The notes under the pieces are model-generated. The model was not told the DNA's origin, did no database searches, and saw only the letters and a program-made list of their open reading frames with translations. From assembly GCA_041389865.1 (NCBI GenBank), contig JAWKRA010000004.1, positions 50,307-114,306 of the forward strand: a stretch of 64,000 nt of DNA. The letters run 5' to 3'. The stretch comes from Nannocystaceae bacterium. Its GTDB lineage: Bacteria > Myxococcota_A > Polyangia > Nannocystales > Nannocystaceae. Positions 19,710 through 29,475 of this stretch are shown piece by piece. The first letter of the stretch is position 1. Each line of letters starts with the position of its first letter. The translations under genes were made by a program, and so were the position numbers.

Positions 19710-20500
19710 GCTCGTGACATCCCTGCTCGCTCTGCTCGTCCTGCTCGTCGGCGTCGCCGACGACGCCTCTCCTGCCCCGACGGTGCTGTCGGTCACCGGC
19801 GGCGACCCGGCGCCCGGCGCCTGGTTCGCGGTCGCCGCGGGCGCGCCGTGGATCTGCTGGCACGGCCCGCGCTCCTACGAGGTCGCCCGCGACTGCTGGC
19901 GACCGATCCCGGCCCCCGCGACCGGCGTGGATCTCCTGGATGGCCTCACCGACGTCTCGGTCGCCTTCCTCGATCGAGCGACGCTGGTCCTCGCCGATCC
20001 GACCGGCGTCCTCTGGACGATCGAGCGCGGCGAGCCCGAGCCCCGCCTCGCCGATGAAGATGAGGCGGCGCGGGCTCGACCTGCGCTCGAGCGACCCACG
20101 GCGCTTCGCTGCGGCCCCGACGGCTGGCTCCCGCGTCGCCGCGACGGTCGATGGGTCTGGATCCGCGACCGCTGCCCGCGACCGCCGGCCCGTCGCTGCC
20201 TCTCGCGCGCGAGTTCGGTCCGCGTACGCCGGCCGACCGGCGTCGGGCTCCGGGTCGCGTTGGGGGTCGCGCGCGAGCAGGTGTCGGCGCTCGGGGACGC
20301 CGCCGACTGGCGCATCGCCGTCGCCGTGATCTTCGCCTTCGATCCCGCGCGCCTGCTTCGGGATCGACGCGCCCGCGCGCTGCTGCAGACGCCCCGCGAG
20401 CTGCGTCCCCTCCCAGCCCTCGTCACCCGCGATCGCGGCCTGCGGAGCCGCGAGCGGGCCGCGGTCGAGCGGATCCTGTGCGCGGAGGTCGTCCGATGAT
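19710..20500 (+). CDS. Hypothetical secreted protein
   Basis: High-GC3 frame with a hydrophobic N-terminus (SLLALLVLLVGVA). The start is uncertain (GTG near 19713). The stop overlaps the next gene as ATGA. Confidence 0.35.
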
Positions 20501-21101
20501 CGCCGCCCTCCTCCTCTTGTTGCTCGAGGGTCCGGTGCAAGCGCCGGCGGCGGCTGAGCCCGCGAAGGTCCACGCGCTCCCCCGGCGACCGACCATCGCC
20601 GAGGTGCAGGACGCTGCGCTCGCCCGGCTGGTGCCGTTCTCGCGGCGACAGTCGCGGCGATGGATCCGCCGCTCGCGGGCCGCGGCCGTGCTCCCGAGTC
20701 TGCGGGCCGAGTTCGACGTCGACAGCGATCAGGGCTGGAAGCTCGATCAGGAGGCCGGCGCCGCCGACGAGCTCTCGCAGGACCTCGGCGCCGGTCGGTC
20801 GCTTCGGCTGCAGGCGACCTGGGAGCTCGACCGCCTCATCTTCAACGCCGACGAGCTGCGAGCGGCCCGCGCCGCGGTCGATCTCGAGCGTGAGCGCGAG
20901 CGCGTGCTCCTCGAGGTCACGCGGCTCTACTTCGAGCGTCTGCAGCTGCTCCTCGAGACAGAAGCAGCGCCGGCCAGCGACCCGGCGAGCCTCGCTCGCG
21001 CGCTGCGACTGGCCGAGGTCGAGGCCCTGCTCACGGCCATGACCGGCCTCGAATTCCCGCGAGAACACGCCTCCGAACGCCCGTTAAAGCGCCAACCGTG
21101 A
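20497..21101 (+). CDS. Hypothetical secreted coiled-coil protein
   Basis: Signal peptide MIAALLLLLLEGPVQAPA, then heptad-rich sequence loosely like a TolC repeat. It is translationally coupled to the upstream ORF. Confidence 0.4.
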
Positions 21102-21262
21102 TGCCGCCCACCGTGCACACAGGTACACGTTGTTTCGCCAAATCCCCGCGCATCGAGCTGCGCACGCGCACAGGGAAGCGCTTGCTTCGAGCGGTTTGGC
21201 CCCACCGGCTCGGGAGCCCAAGAAATCGAAATCACTGGAGATTGTCTCGAGATGCGGTATGA

Positions 21263-21514
21263 GTGGAGGCGGTGTCTGGAGATTGCATGGAGGTCGCCGG
21301 GGTTCTCGTCATGCAGCCCACCTCGCTCGATCCAAATCCAACGGCCGGCTCTGCGCGCGCCGTGTCCATCCTGGCCCGCTCGCTGTTCCGGCAGATGCGC
21401 GAGCAGGGGTATTCGGCGGCCGAGATCATTGGGCTCTCCTCCGAGCTCCTTGATCTGGTCTCCTCCGACCTCAAGCGCGATCGGACGCAGGCCCTCGCCG
21501 ACGCCGCCGAGTGA
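21263..21514 (+). CDS. Small hypothetical protein upstream of pgk
   Basis: 83-aa ORF (or 67 aa from MQPTSL) with a helix-turn-helix-like stretch GYSAAEIIGLSSELLDLV. Confidence 0.3.
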   Translation: MEAVSGDCMEVAGVLVMQPTSLDPNPTAGSARAVSILARSLFRQMREQGYSAAEIIGLSSELLDLVSSDLKRDRTQALADAAE

Positions 21515-21587
21515 GCCCCGAAAGCTCACGTCTGCGGCTGCCACCGCGCGTGGACTTGCAGCCGTGACGTGAGTATTGCTGCCCGCC

Positions 21588-22820
21588 ATGGTGGTCTCGG
21601 AGCCCGCGCTGCCGCGCCTTGAGGCGCTCGACGTCGACAACCGACGCGTGTTCGTACGCGTCGACTTCAACGTCCCCATCACCAAGTCCGGCCTGGTCCG
21701 CGACGACACCCGCATCCGGGCCGCGCTCCCGACCCTGCGCTTGTTGCGGGACCGGGACGCCAAGCTGATCCTCGCCTCGCACCTCGGTCGACCCAAGGGG
21801 CCTGACCCGCGGCTCTCGCTCGAGCCGGTCGCGGCGCGGCTCGCCGAACTGCTCGACACCGAGGTCCGCCTGCCGGACGAAGTCGTCGGCGACGGGGTCC
21901 GCAAGCTGGTGCTCGACACCCGCGCGGGACAGGTCATCCTGCTCGAGAACCTCCGCTTTCACCCCGGCGAGACCAAGAACGATCCGGCCTTCGCGGCCGC
22001 GCTCGCGGCCCTCGCAGACATCTACGTCAACGACGCGTTCGGCGCGAGCCACCGCGCCCACGCCTCGGTCGTCGGCGTTCCCGGGCTGCTCCACGAGCGC
22101 GCCCCCGGGCTCCTGCTCCGCGCCGAGATCGAGGCGCTGCGTCGCGTGGTCCACGATCCCGAGCGTCCGTTCGCGGCCATCGTCGGCGGCGCGAAGGTCT
22201 CCGACAAGCTGCCCGTGCTCCACGCCCTGGTCGATCGCTTGGTCGCCGGCGACCGCCTGCTCATCGGCGGGGCCATGGCCAACACCTTCCTCGCCGCCTC
22301 GGGGATGGCGATCGGCGCCTCGCTGCACGAGCCCGATCAGTTCTCCGCGTGCGTCAACCTCCTCGCCCGCGCCCGCGCCCGCGACGTCAGGATCCAGCTG
22401 CCCGTCGACGTCCGCGTCGGCGCCAGCGTCCAGGCCGACCACGCGCGCGTGGTCCCGGCGGGACCCGAGGCCCACGGCCTCGCCGACAACGAGCTCGCCC
22501 TCGACATCGGCCCCCACACGGCGGCCGCGTTCGCCCGCGCCATCGCCGACGCCCGCACCGTGTTCTGGAACGGCCCGATGGGCCTGTTCGAAAACCCGGC
22601 GTTCGCCGAGGGCACCCTCGACCTCGCCCGCGCGGTCGCCGAGTGCCCGGGCTTTACGGTGGTCGGCGGGGGCGACAGCGTCGCGGCCGTCCAGGAGAGC
22701 GGCGTCGCCGAGCACATCAACCACATCTCCACCGGCGGCGGCGCGGCCCTCGAGATGATCGAGGGCAAGATCCTGCCAGGGGTCGCGGCGCTCTACCCAT
22801 CGGAGCCGCGGGGTGCCTGA
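21588..22820 (+). CDS. pgk: Phosphoglycerate kinase
   Basis: RVDFNVP, ASHLGRPKG and GGGDS motifs across a full-length ~410-aa protein. Confidence 0.95.
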   Translation: MVVSEPALPRLEALDVDNRRVFVRVDFNVPITKSGLVRDDTRIRAALPTLRLLRDRDAKLILASHLGRPKGPDPRLSLEPVAARLAELLDTEVRLPDEVVGDGVRKLVLDTRAGQVILLENLRFHPGETKNDPAFAAALAALADIYVNDAFGASHRAHASVVGVPGLLHERAPGLLLRAEIEALRRVVHDPERPFAAIVGGAKVSDKLPVLHALVDRLVAGDRLLIGGAMANTFLAASGMAIGASLHEPDQFSACVNLLARARARDVRIQLPVDVRVGASVQADHARVVPAGPEAHGLADNELALDIGPHTAAAFARAIADARTVFWNGPMGLFENPAFAEGTLDLARAVAECPGFTVVGGGDSVAAVQESGVAEHINHISTGGGAALEMIEGKILPGVAALYPSEPRGA

Positions 22821-23616
22821 CAGCAACGGCCCCAGACGCAAGCGCTGGGTCATCGGCAACTTCTCGCAGCACCTCCTGCGAACCCAGGCCGAAGAGCACG
22901 TCACCGAGCTGATCCGCGGCCTCCCGCCCGAGGTCCTCGACGCCGACGAGCTGCGGATCGGCGTCGCCCCCAGCTTCCTGGCGCTCGAGACCTGCCGACC
23001 GTGGGCGCGCCCGGCGGGGCCGCTGGTGCTGCTGGCCCAGAACGCGAGCGGTGTTGAGACGGGCCCGTTCACCGGCGAGATCGGCCCCGGTATGCTCGCC
23101 GATGTCGGCGCCCATGGCGCGCTCATCGGCCATTGGCACCGCCGCGTCCACTTTCGCGAGTCGAACACCCAGATCGCAAGCAAGCTCCAGGGCCTGCTCG
23201 AGGCCGGCATGCACGTCGCGCTCTGCGTCGGCGACCCGCCCGAGACCCGCGAGAGTCGAAATCACGAAAACCACGTAATTTCGCAGCTTTCGACCGCATT
23301 TCTTAATGTAGATTCTGCGTTCGTTTGCGGGCGCCTCGTGATCGTCTATCAGCCCGTCTGGGCCCTCGCCCACGACCGGCCCACGCGCCCCGAGCAGGCG
23401 GCCCACATGCACCGTCGCATCCGCAGCTGGATGGGCGAGCGCTTCGGCGATGCCGGTCGCGGCAGATCGATCCTCCACGGTGGTACCGTGGGACCCGATC
23501 AGATCGGCGCCCTCCTCGGCTCAGGCGAGGTCGACGGGTTCCTGCTCGAGGCCCCGTCGCTTGACGTGAGCGCATTCCTCGATATCGTCCGGGCCATGGC
23601 CCCCGCTCGGCCCTGA
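22813..23616 (+). CDS. tpiA: Triosephosphate isomerase homolog with substituted catalytic residues
   Basis: TIM-barrel collinearity (AQN, GPFTGEI, IGH, PVWA, ILHGGTV). GNWKMN reads GNFSQH (K12 to S). GHSERR reads GHWHRR (E97 to H). YEPVWAIGTG reads YQPVWALAHD (E165 to Q). Start overlaps the pgk stop. Confidence 0.8.
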   Translation: MPDSNGPRRKRWVIGNFSQHLLRTQAEEHVTELIRGLPPEVLDADELRIGVAPSFLALETCRPWARPAGPLVLLAQNASGVETGPFTGEIGPGMLADVGAHGALIGHWHRRVHFRESNTQIASKLQGLLEAGMHVALCVGDPPETRESRNHENHVISQLSTAFLNVDSAFVCGRLVIVYQPVWALAHDRPTRPEQAAHMHRRIRSWMGERFGDAGRGRSILHGGTVGPDQIGALLGSGEVDGFLLEAPSLDVSAFLDIVRAMAPARP

Positions 23617-23623
23617 AGCGACC

Positions 23624-24172
23624 ATGTTCGACATCCTCGTCACCATCGTCACGATCATCTTCACCATCGTCAGCCTGATCATGGTGCTCGTGATCCTCCT
23701 GCAGGCCGGCAAGGGCGGCATGGGCACGGCCCTCGGCGGCGGCGCGAGCCAGAGCGTGTTCGGCGGCGGCGGCGGGGCGGATGTCCTGGCCAAAGCCACC
23801 CAGGGCATGGCCGCGACCTTCATGATCTGCTCGATCTTCCTCGCCTACGCGAGCTCGCACAGCGAATCGAGCCGCCTCAAGGACAAGAGCGAGGACCTCG
23901 AGGAGGAGGCTGGCCTGCTCGATGAGGACGCGCCGATTGACTACGAGAAGCTCGGCAACTACCTCGAGCTCCCCGAGGGTCCGATCCCTGACGCCTCCGC
24001 CGCGCCTCCGCCCATCGAGGAGACGAGCCCCGAGCCGCCTGCCGACGAAGCCCCTCCCGAGGACGGCGGCGAGCCGATCGCGGCGCCTTCGCTCGACGGC
24101 GTCGCCGAGCTGCCAGCCGAGGACACGGGCCCGCCCGATACGCTGGTCCCGGGCGACGCCGAAGAGCCCTAG
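23624..24172 (+). CDS. secG: Preprotein translocase subunit SecG with a long acidic C-terminal extension
   Basis: Two TM helices flank the Gly-rich loop (LLQAGKGGMGTALGGGASQSVFGGGGG). It sits in the canonical pgk–tpi–secG position. The 100-aa D/E/P-rich tail is non-canonical. Confidence 0.8.
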   Translation: MFDILVTIVTIIFTIVSLIMVLVILLQAGKGGMGTALGGGASQSVFGGGGGADVLAKATQGMAATFMICSIFLAYASSHSESSRLKDKSEDLEEEAGLLDEDAPIDYEKLGNYLELPEGPIPDASAAPPPIEETSPEPPADEAPPEDGGEPIAAPSLDGVAELPAEDTGPPDTLVPGDAEEP

Positions 24173-24204
24173 CCCGGACTTCTCACCCCGGGCTCGCCGC
24201 GCGC

Positions 24205-25011
<807 letters not shown>

Positions 25012-25101
25012 GCGCGCTCCGGCGCCACGGGACAGGTCCTAAGGACCATGTGGAGCGGCGCAGCCCTGGAAAGAAGCGCGTGGCGCCGGTCCCAGGGTGT
25101 G

Positions 25102-26061
25102 ATGTCTGGATCCGTGCGCGCACTCATCGTCCTTGTAGCCCTGTCCCTTGGTTCCTGTGGTGACAAGGGCGCGGAAACGAGCACCGGGACCGAGACCGAC
25201 GGCGAGACGACCGCCGGACCGACGTCGTCGACGACGCTGACGAGCTCGGACTCGTCGGATCCGACGACGACGAGCGACCCGAGCACCACGGCGCCCGAGA
25301 CCACCGATCCCTCGGGCACCGAGACCGGCACCGACACCGGCACCACCGACACCGACGCGACTGACACCGACACCGACACCGACGCGACCACCGACGGCCT
25401 CGGCTGCAAGCCGATCGACTGCGGCGGCAAGATCTACGAGTGCGGCGACTGCCTCGACAACGACGACGACGGCCTCGTCGACTTCGCCGACCCCGAGTGC
25501 ATCAGCCCGTGCGACGACAAGGAGGCGACCTTCGCCACCGGCCTGCCCGGCGACAACATGGACGCCTGCAACCAGGACTGCTTCTTCGACGGCAACAGCG
25601 GCAGCGGCGACGACAAGTGCGTGTGGAACCTGAAGTGCGACATGAACAACCCGGGCGGCGACGACTGCCCCTACGACCCTGACTTCAAGAACTGCCCCGA
25701 AGAGCAGGACGCCATGTGCACCGAGAGCTGCCAGGTGCCCAACGGCTGCGACTGCTTCGGCTGCTGCACCGTGCTCTACATGGGCATGAACGTCGACATC
25801 TACATCGGCGACGAGGACTGCTCGCTCTCCGAGATCGAGCTGTGCCAGACCTGCACCAAGAACGAGGACTGCGACGACGACTGCGACCCCGAGATGTGCG
25901 AGGTCTGCTTCGGCCAGGACCCCGACGACCTCCCGCCCGAGTGCGACGGCGGCGAGTGTGAGGAGGGCAAGCAGGCGTGTGAGGTCGACGCCATGGGCGG
26001 CAGCGACTGCCCCGACGGCTTCTTCTGCTTCGTCGGCTGCTGCGAGCAGATCATCGGCTGA
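25102..26061 (+). CDS. Cys-rich secreted lipoprotein with a Thr/Asp-rich linker
   Basis: Lipobox [11 protein letters not shown]-rich low-complexity linker, then about 30 Cys in C-x-x-C and CC contexts. Start taken at MSGSVRAL. Confidence 0.6.
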   Translation: MSGSVRALIVLVALSLGSCGDKGAETSTGTETDGETTAGPTSSTTLTSSDSSDPTTTSDPSTTAPETTDPSGTETGTDTGTTDTDATDTDTDTDATTDGLGCKPIDCGGKIYECGDCLDNDDDGLVDFADPECISPCDDKEATFATGLPGDNMDACNQDCFFDGNSGSGDDKCVWNLKCDMNNPGGDDCPYDPDFKNCPEEQDAMCTESCQVPNGCDCFGCCTVLYMGMNVDIYIGDEDCSLSEIELCQTCTKNEDCDDDCDPEMCEVCFGQDPDDLPPECDGGECEEGKQACEVDAMGGSDCPDGFFCFVGCCEQIIG

Positions 26062-26536
26062 TCGGGAGCGCGGCGCGTCCGAGGACTCCGCGCGCCGTCC
26101 AGTGCGGTCCGGCGCGTCGTGATCGAGGAGCCGACGCTGTACCGGGCCGTCCTGCGCGCGTCGGCGACAACGAGCACGGCCCTCCTGGTAGTGCCGGGCG
26201 TCGTCGGGAAGACTCGGACACGCTCCGCGCGCCCCGAGGCCTCAACCGGACCGCCAGGGCCCTCCTCGCCCGACGCCCCCCTCGCCTGTCCTCAGGGACT
26301 GCTCGAGAACCCTGACGCTCGACCGCGTCGTCGCGCCTCGGCGTCGGCGTCCGCCGGACGCCTCGAGCTCCCCCGCGGCGCGGCGACGCGCCGAGCCCCG
26401 CCGCCGGTGAGCACGACCCGCGACCGTTCGCCCCCGTCCTTCGACCGCTCGCCCGAAACCCGGCGATTCGGCGTGCCGCCGGCGCGTACAACCGAGGCAG
26501 CGCGGCACATGCACCGCGCCGCGAGAGGACAACGTC

Positions 26537-27298
26537 ATGCCTTGGTCATCCTGGCGCGCCCACTTCGAACGCAACGCGCTCCGTCCGCTCCCCGCCCCGC
26601 CGCGCGACTGCGACGGGATCCCGCAGCCGTGGCGGGCCCCGCTCCTGCGCTCGCTTGCGCGCTTTCAGGTCGGCGAGGCCGGCGAGGGGCGGATCGCTCG
26701 CCAGATCGATCGCGTCGCGCTGCCCGGCGTCGACGATGACTACCGCGTCGCCCTCAAGCTGTTCGTGCGCGAGGAGGGACGCCACGCGCGGATCCTCGGC
26801 GACATCATCCGCGCGATGGGTGGCTCGCTCCTGCGCGGCCACTGGACCGAGCAGGCGTTCGTCGGCGCCCGCCGGCTCGCGGGCGTGCGCGCCAAGCTGC
26901 TCGTGCTGCTCGCCGCCGAGGTCGTCGGGATCGCCTTCTACGGCGCGGTCGCGGCCGCCCTGCCCGCCTGCGACGTCCGCGACCGCCTCGCCGAGCTGTG
27001 CGCCGACGAGGCCATGCACCTCCAGTTTCACGTCGAGTTCTTCCGCAGCCAGACGCCCACCCTCGCCCGCCGCCTCGCGTTCGCCTCGGCGTGGAGCCTG
27101 GTCGGCGCGTCCGCGTCGGCGCTCGTCATCGCCGATCACCGCGAGACCCTGCGCGCCCTCGAGATCACGCCCCGCGCGGTGGCCCGCGCCCTGCTCGCCC
27201 AGGTCCACGGGGTCACCCGCGCCGTCGTCGAGCGCCCGCCCGCGCGGGCCTTTCCCCGACATGGCTCTTCCGCCATCCTCGACGGTCGCGCCCAGTAG
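26537..27298 (+). CDS. Ferritin-like di-iron carboxylate protein
   Basis: Two E-x-x-H motifs (VREEGRHARIL, ADEAMHLQFH) spaced as in di-iron four-helix-bundle proteins. The last 12 codons lie inside repeat copy 1. Confidence 0.5.
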   Translation: MPWSSWRAHFERNALRPLPAPPRDCDGIPQPWRAPLLRSLARFQVGEAGEGRIARQIDRVALPGVDDDYRVALKLFVREEGRHARILGDIIRAMGGSLLRGHWTEQAFVGARRLAGVRAKLLVLLAAEVVGIAFYGAVAAALPACDVRDRLAELCADEAMHLQFHVEFFRSQTPTLARRLAFASAWSLVGASASALVIADHRETLRALEITPRAVARALLAQVHGVTRAVVERPPARAFPRHGSSAILDGRAQ

Positions 27299-27625
27299 CC
27301 GACGTCAAAGGGGCTGCCTGTTCGAGTCTCCCGACTCTTGCGGGGGCGCTCCATGACTGTCTTTTCGGCCATCTTCAACGATCCGCCAGTCGCCGACGGG
27401 GCCACCTGTCCGAGCCTCGCTCGCGGGGCCCTCCCCGACCTGTCCCTCCGCCATCTTCAACGATCGCGCCCAGTCGCCGACGGGGCCACCTGTCCGAGCC
27501 TCCCGCTCGCGCGGGCCTCTCCCCGACCTGGCTCTCCCGCCATCCTCGACGGTCGCGCCCAGTCACCGACGTCAAAGGGGCCGCGTGTCCGAGTCTCCCG
27601 CGCCCGCCCGCGCGGGCTTCGGCGG
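27253..27625 (+). repeat. Four tandem copies of an ~85-bp GC-hairpin repeat
   Basis: Units begin near 27253, 27371, 27451 and 27538. They share CCGCCATC(C/T)TC(G/A)ACG(G/A)TCGCGCCCAGT..CCGACG..GGGC..CCTGTCCGAG and each carries an internal palindrome. Confidence 0.8.
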
Positions 27626-27656
27626 TGCGTGGCGGTCGGGGGCGCCGCGGCGCCGC

Positions 27657-28394
27657 TCAGCGCAGCCCCAGCCGTCGCCGCAGCTGCCGGGCCGACTGCC
27701 GCGACACCGGCACCCGCGCGCCGCGATCGGTGATCGCCCACAGCCCGCCGGTCTCGACCGGCTCGAGCCGCTCGATCCGCGCGAGGTTGACGAGCGCCCG
27801 TCGGTGCACGCGCGCGAACCGATCGGCCGGCAGGCGCCGCTCGAGCTCCTGCAGGCTGTAGTCGGTGAGTACCGGGCCGCGATCGGTGTGGACGCTGACG
27901 AGCGCGCCGTCGATGATCGCGTGGGTGACGAGCGCCGGATCGACGAGCACGATCCCCTGCGCCGTGGGGATCGCCAGGCGGCCGAGCGCCAGCGGCTCGC
28001 TCGGCTCGGCGCGGCTGCGGACGCCGCGGGCGCGCTGGAGCGCCGTGGCGAGCCGCGCGGCCTCGATCGGCTTGAGCAGGTAGTCGACCGCGCCGACCTC
28101 GAAGGCCGCGACCGCGTGCTCGGCGTGGGCGGTCGTGAAGATGACGTAGGGGCCGTCGTCGGGGAGCAGCGCGCGGGTCTCGAGGCCCGAGAGGCCGGGC
28201 ATGCGGATGTCGAGGAGCAGCACGTCGACCTCGTCCTCGGCCCGCGCGAGCCACTCGAGCACCTCCTGGCCGCTGACGCACTCGCCGACGATCGTCACCC
28301 CCGGCGCCGCGCCCAGGAGCCGTCGCAGGCGCCTGCGCGCGACCTCCTCGTCGTCGGCGATCAGCACCCGCAGGCTCGCGTCCGCGTCGATCAT
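27657..28394 (-). CDS. LytTR-family response regulator
   Basis: REC domain (LIADDEEVAR, LLDIRMPGLSG, KPI) followed by a C-terminal LytTR DNA-binding domain. Confidence 0.9.
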   Translation of the reverse strand: MIDADASLRVLIADDEEVARRRLRRLLGAAPGVTIVGECVSGQEVLEWLARAEDEVDVLLLDIRMPGLSGLETRALLPDDGPYVIFTTAHAEHAVAAFEVGAVDYLLKPIEAARLATALQRARGVRSRAEPSEPLALGRLAIPTAQGIVLVDPALVTHAIIDGALVSVHTDRGPVLTDYSLQELERRLPADRFARVHRRALVNLARIERLEPVETGGLWAITDRGARVPVSRQSARQLRRRLGLR

Positions 28395-28443
28395 GCCGCC
28401 TGTCCTCTCGCGCCTGTCCCGCGCATCCTACACGGATCCGCGC

Positions 28444-29475
28444 TCACGCGACCGGACCCCCCGCCGCGGTCTCGATCGGCATCGTCACCTCCGCGCGCGT
28501 GCGCGCGCCGTCGCCCGCGAGCGTCAGCTTCGCGCCTGCCCCGTAGGCCAGGTCGAGCCGGCGACGGACCATCGGCAGCCCCTCGCCGCCCTCGCGCGGG
28601 CCGGTCCACGGCCCCGGGTTCTCGAGCGTGAGCCGCCAGGCGTCGCCGTCGCGCCGGATCTCGAGCTGCAGCGGACCGCGGTGCCCGGCCGCCGGCCCGT
28701 GCTTGACCGCGTTCTCGCAGAGCGGCAGCAGGATCATCGGCACCACGACCTGGTCATCGAGCCAGGTCTCCTCCGGGACCCGCCACTCGAGCGTGAACAG
28801 CCCCGCGTCGCGGAACAGGTGCAGCTCGAACAGGTCGCGGGCGAGCGCGAGCTCGCGGCGCAGCGGCCAGCGATCGAGCTTCACGCCGGCGAGGATGGTC
28901 CGCAGGATCGCCGAGAGCTTGAGGATCGCCCGCTCCGCGACCTCGCCGTCCTCGCGGCACCACTCGGCGATCGCGTTCAGGGTGTTGAAGAGGAAGTGCG
29001 GATCGAGGTGGCTGCGCAGCGCCAGCAGCTGGGCGCGCTCGGCCTCTCGCTCGAGCGCCTCGGCGCGCGCCTGGGCCCGCGTAAGCTGGGCCTCGAGCTC
29101 GATGTCTCGCCCGAGCCCCCAGCCGCCGACCCAGAACAGCGTAATGGAGACCGTCAGGGTCTCGCGGCCGGTGAGGAACGTCTGCCCCATGCCGAGCGCC
29201 CACGGGATCGCCACCCCGAAGAGCAGCACCACGATCGCGCCCAGGAGCCCGTAGAGGGCCATCGCCGCGAGGCCGCGCCCGGCCAAACGACGCCACAGGT
29301 AGGGGGCCAGGAGCGCGAACGTCAGGCACATCGCCACGCCCAACGGCAGCGCCATCGGGTCGCGGGAGAAGCTGCGCTGCGCGACGACGAGCGGCGTGCA
29401 CACGAGGACGATCGGGATCAGCCGCCGCGGGGCGACGAGCGCCGCGATCGTCTCCTCGAGCAGCCCGCGGCTCAC
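28444..29475 (-). CDS. LytS/YehU-type sensor histidine kinase
   Basis: His_kinase motif HFLFNTLN plus an HATPase region (LLPLCENAVKHG). TM helices at the N-terminus. GTG start at 29475 overlaps the upstream stop. Confidence 0.8.
   Translation of the reverse strand: MSRGLLEETIAALVAPRRLIPIVLVCTPLVVAQRSFSRDPMALPLGVAMCLTFALLAPYLWRRLAGRGLAAMALYGLLGAIVVLLFGVAIPWALGMGQTFLTGRETLTVSITLFWVGGWGLGRDIELEAQLTRAQARAEALEREAERAQLLALRSHLDPHFLFNTLNAIAEWCREDGEVAERAILKLSAILRTILAGVKLDRWPLRRELALARDLFELHLFRDAGLFTLEWRVPEETWLDDQVVVPMILLPLCENAVKHGPAAGHRGPLQLEIRRDGDAWRLTLENPGPWTGPREGGEGLPMVRRRLDLAYGAGAKLTLAGDGARTRAEVTMPIETAAGGPVA

Noticed and set aside
19875-21068. 397-aa minus ORF
   Set aside because: Ser/Arg-rich shadow of the two coupled plus-strand genes.
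21471-23478. Minus ORFs 21471..23210 (579 aa) and 22717..23478
   Set aside because: Antisense to pgk and tpi.
27300-27340. tRNA T-arm-like GTTCGAGTCTCCCG inside repeat copy 1
   Set aside because: The flanks lack complementary stems and the string recurs as part of the 85-bp repeat. It is not a tRNA gene.
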